Positions 19,473 to 19,745 of a stretch of DNA of 19,745 nt are shown here, piece after piece (the first letter of the stretch is position 1; the number at the start of each line of letters is the position of its first letter). The DNA is taken from assembly GCF_004010195.1 (NCBI RefSeq), contig NC_057719.1, positions 64,519,296 through 64,539,040 of the forward strand. The letters are read 5' to 3'. The DNA comes from Chiloscyllium plagiosum. Taxonomy: Eukaryota. Below the pieces are notes generated by a model. That model saw only the letters and a program-made list of their open reading frames with translations, made no database searches and was not told the DNA's origin. The translations under genes were made by a program, and so were the position numbers.

Positions 19473-19745
19473 AGAGCTGAAAATGTGTTGCTGGAAAAGC
19501 GCAGCAGGTCAGGCAGCATCCAACGAGCAGGAGAATCGATGTTTCGGGCATGAGCCCTTCTTCAGAAATGAGGAAAGTGTGCCAAGCAGGCTAAGATAAA
19601 AGGTAGGGAGGAGGGACTTGGGGGAGAAGCGTTGTAAATGTGATAGGTGGAAGGAGGTTAAGGTGAGGGTGATAGGCCGGAGTGGGGTGGGGCGGAGAGA
19701 TCAGGAAGAAGATTGCAGGTTAGGAAGGTGGTGCTGAGTTCGAGG
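19473..19745 (-). mobile_element. Tail-less PLE pLTR of a different subfamily, running off the right edge
   Basis: Homologous to 12735-13020 (gctggaaaagcgcagcaggtcaggcagcatcc...purine-rich tract). No ctgcagatgctgg tail to its left. Confidence 0.85.
19532..19570 (-). ncRNA. Hammerhead ribozyme motif with helix III palindrome mutated
   Basis: Minus strand: CAUUU CUGAAGA A GGGC-UCAU-GCCC GAAA CA UC GAUUCU. Confidence 0.65.

Larger units (their letters stand above)
14726..19745 (+). other. GPR176: GPR176 intron 1 (partial); consensus 5' splice site GTAAGT at 14726-14731
   Basis: Perfect donor. I did not find the expected continuation (rest of TM1/TM2) in the window. Confidence 0.8.

Noticed and set aside
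1..19745. Prokaryotic-type systems (CRISPR array, operon, retron)
   Set aside because: No repeat-spacer array or gene-dense structure; the sequence is vertebrate DNA.

Overview
Repeat-rich vertebrate genomic DNA, most likely from a shark or other elasmobranch (inferred from HE1-type V-SINEs and HER1-type CR1 LINEs). The only host gene I can support is coding exon 1 of the orphan GPCR GPR176 (+ strand, 14533-14725, GT donor at 14726), with a CpG-enriched promoter/5'UTR upstream and intron 1 running past the window end. Much of the rest is nested transposon remains: Penelope-like elements (PLEs), a 5'-truncated Tx1/L1-clade LINE inside a decayed Gypsy element, CR1 and CR1/L2-group LINEs, SINEs and a Tc1/mariner-type MITE. 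The most interesting signal is four minimal hammerhead-ribozyme motifs (CUGANGA-A-stem II-GAAACGUC) in PLE terminal repeats, two with intact cores. Alongside them is a series of PLE integration products: tail-less inverted 5' ends stopping at the same short palindrome, a TSD-flanked internally deleted copy, a ribozyme-plus-tail mini-insertion, a solo tail and a fold-back. There is also a ~140 bp copy of a Gypsy LTR/flank junction inside that element's own coding region. PLE hammerheads are a known class, so I do not see a clearly new biological system. Repeat family names come from recognition, not database searches. Most ORFs in the supplied track are antisense or out-of-frame shadows of repeats.
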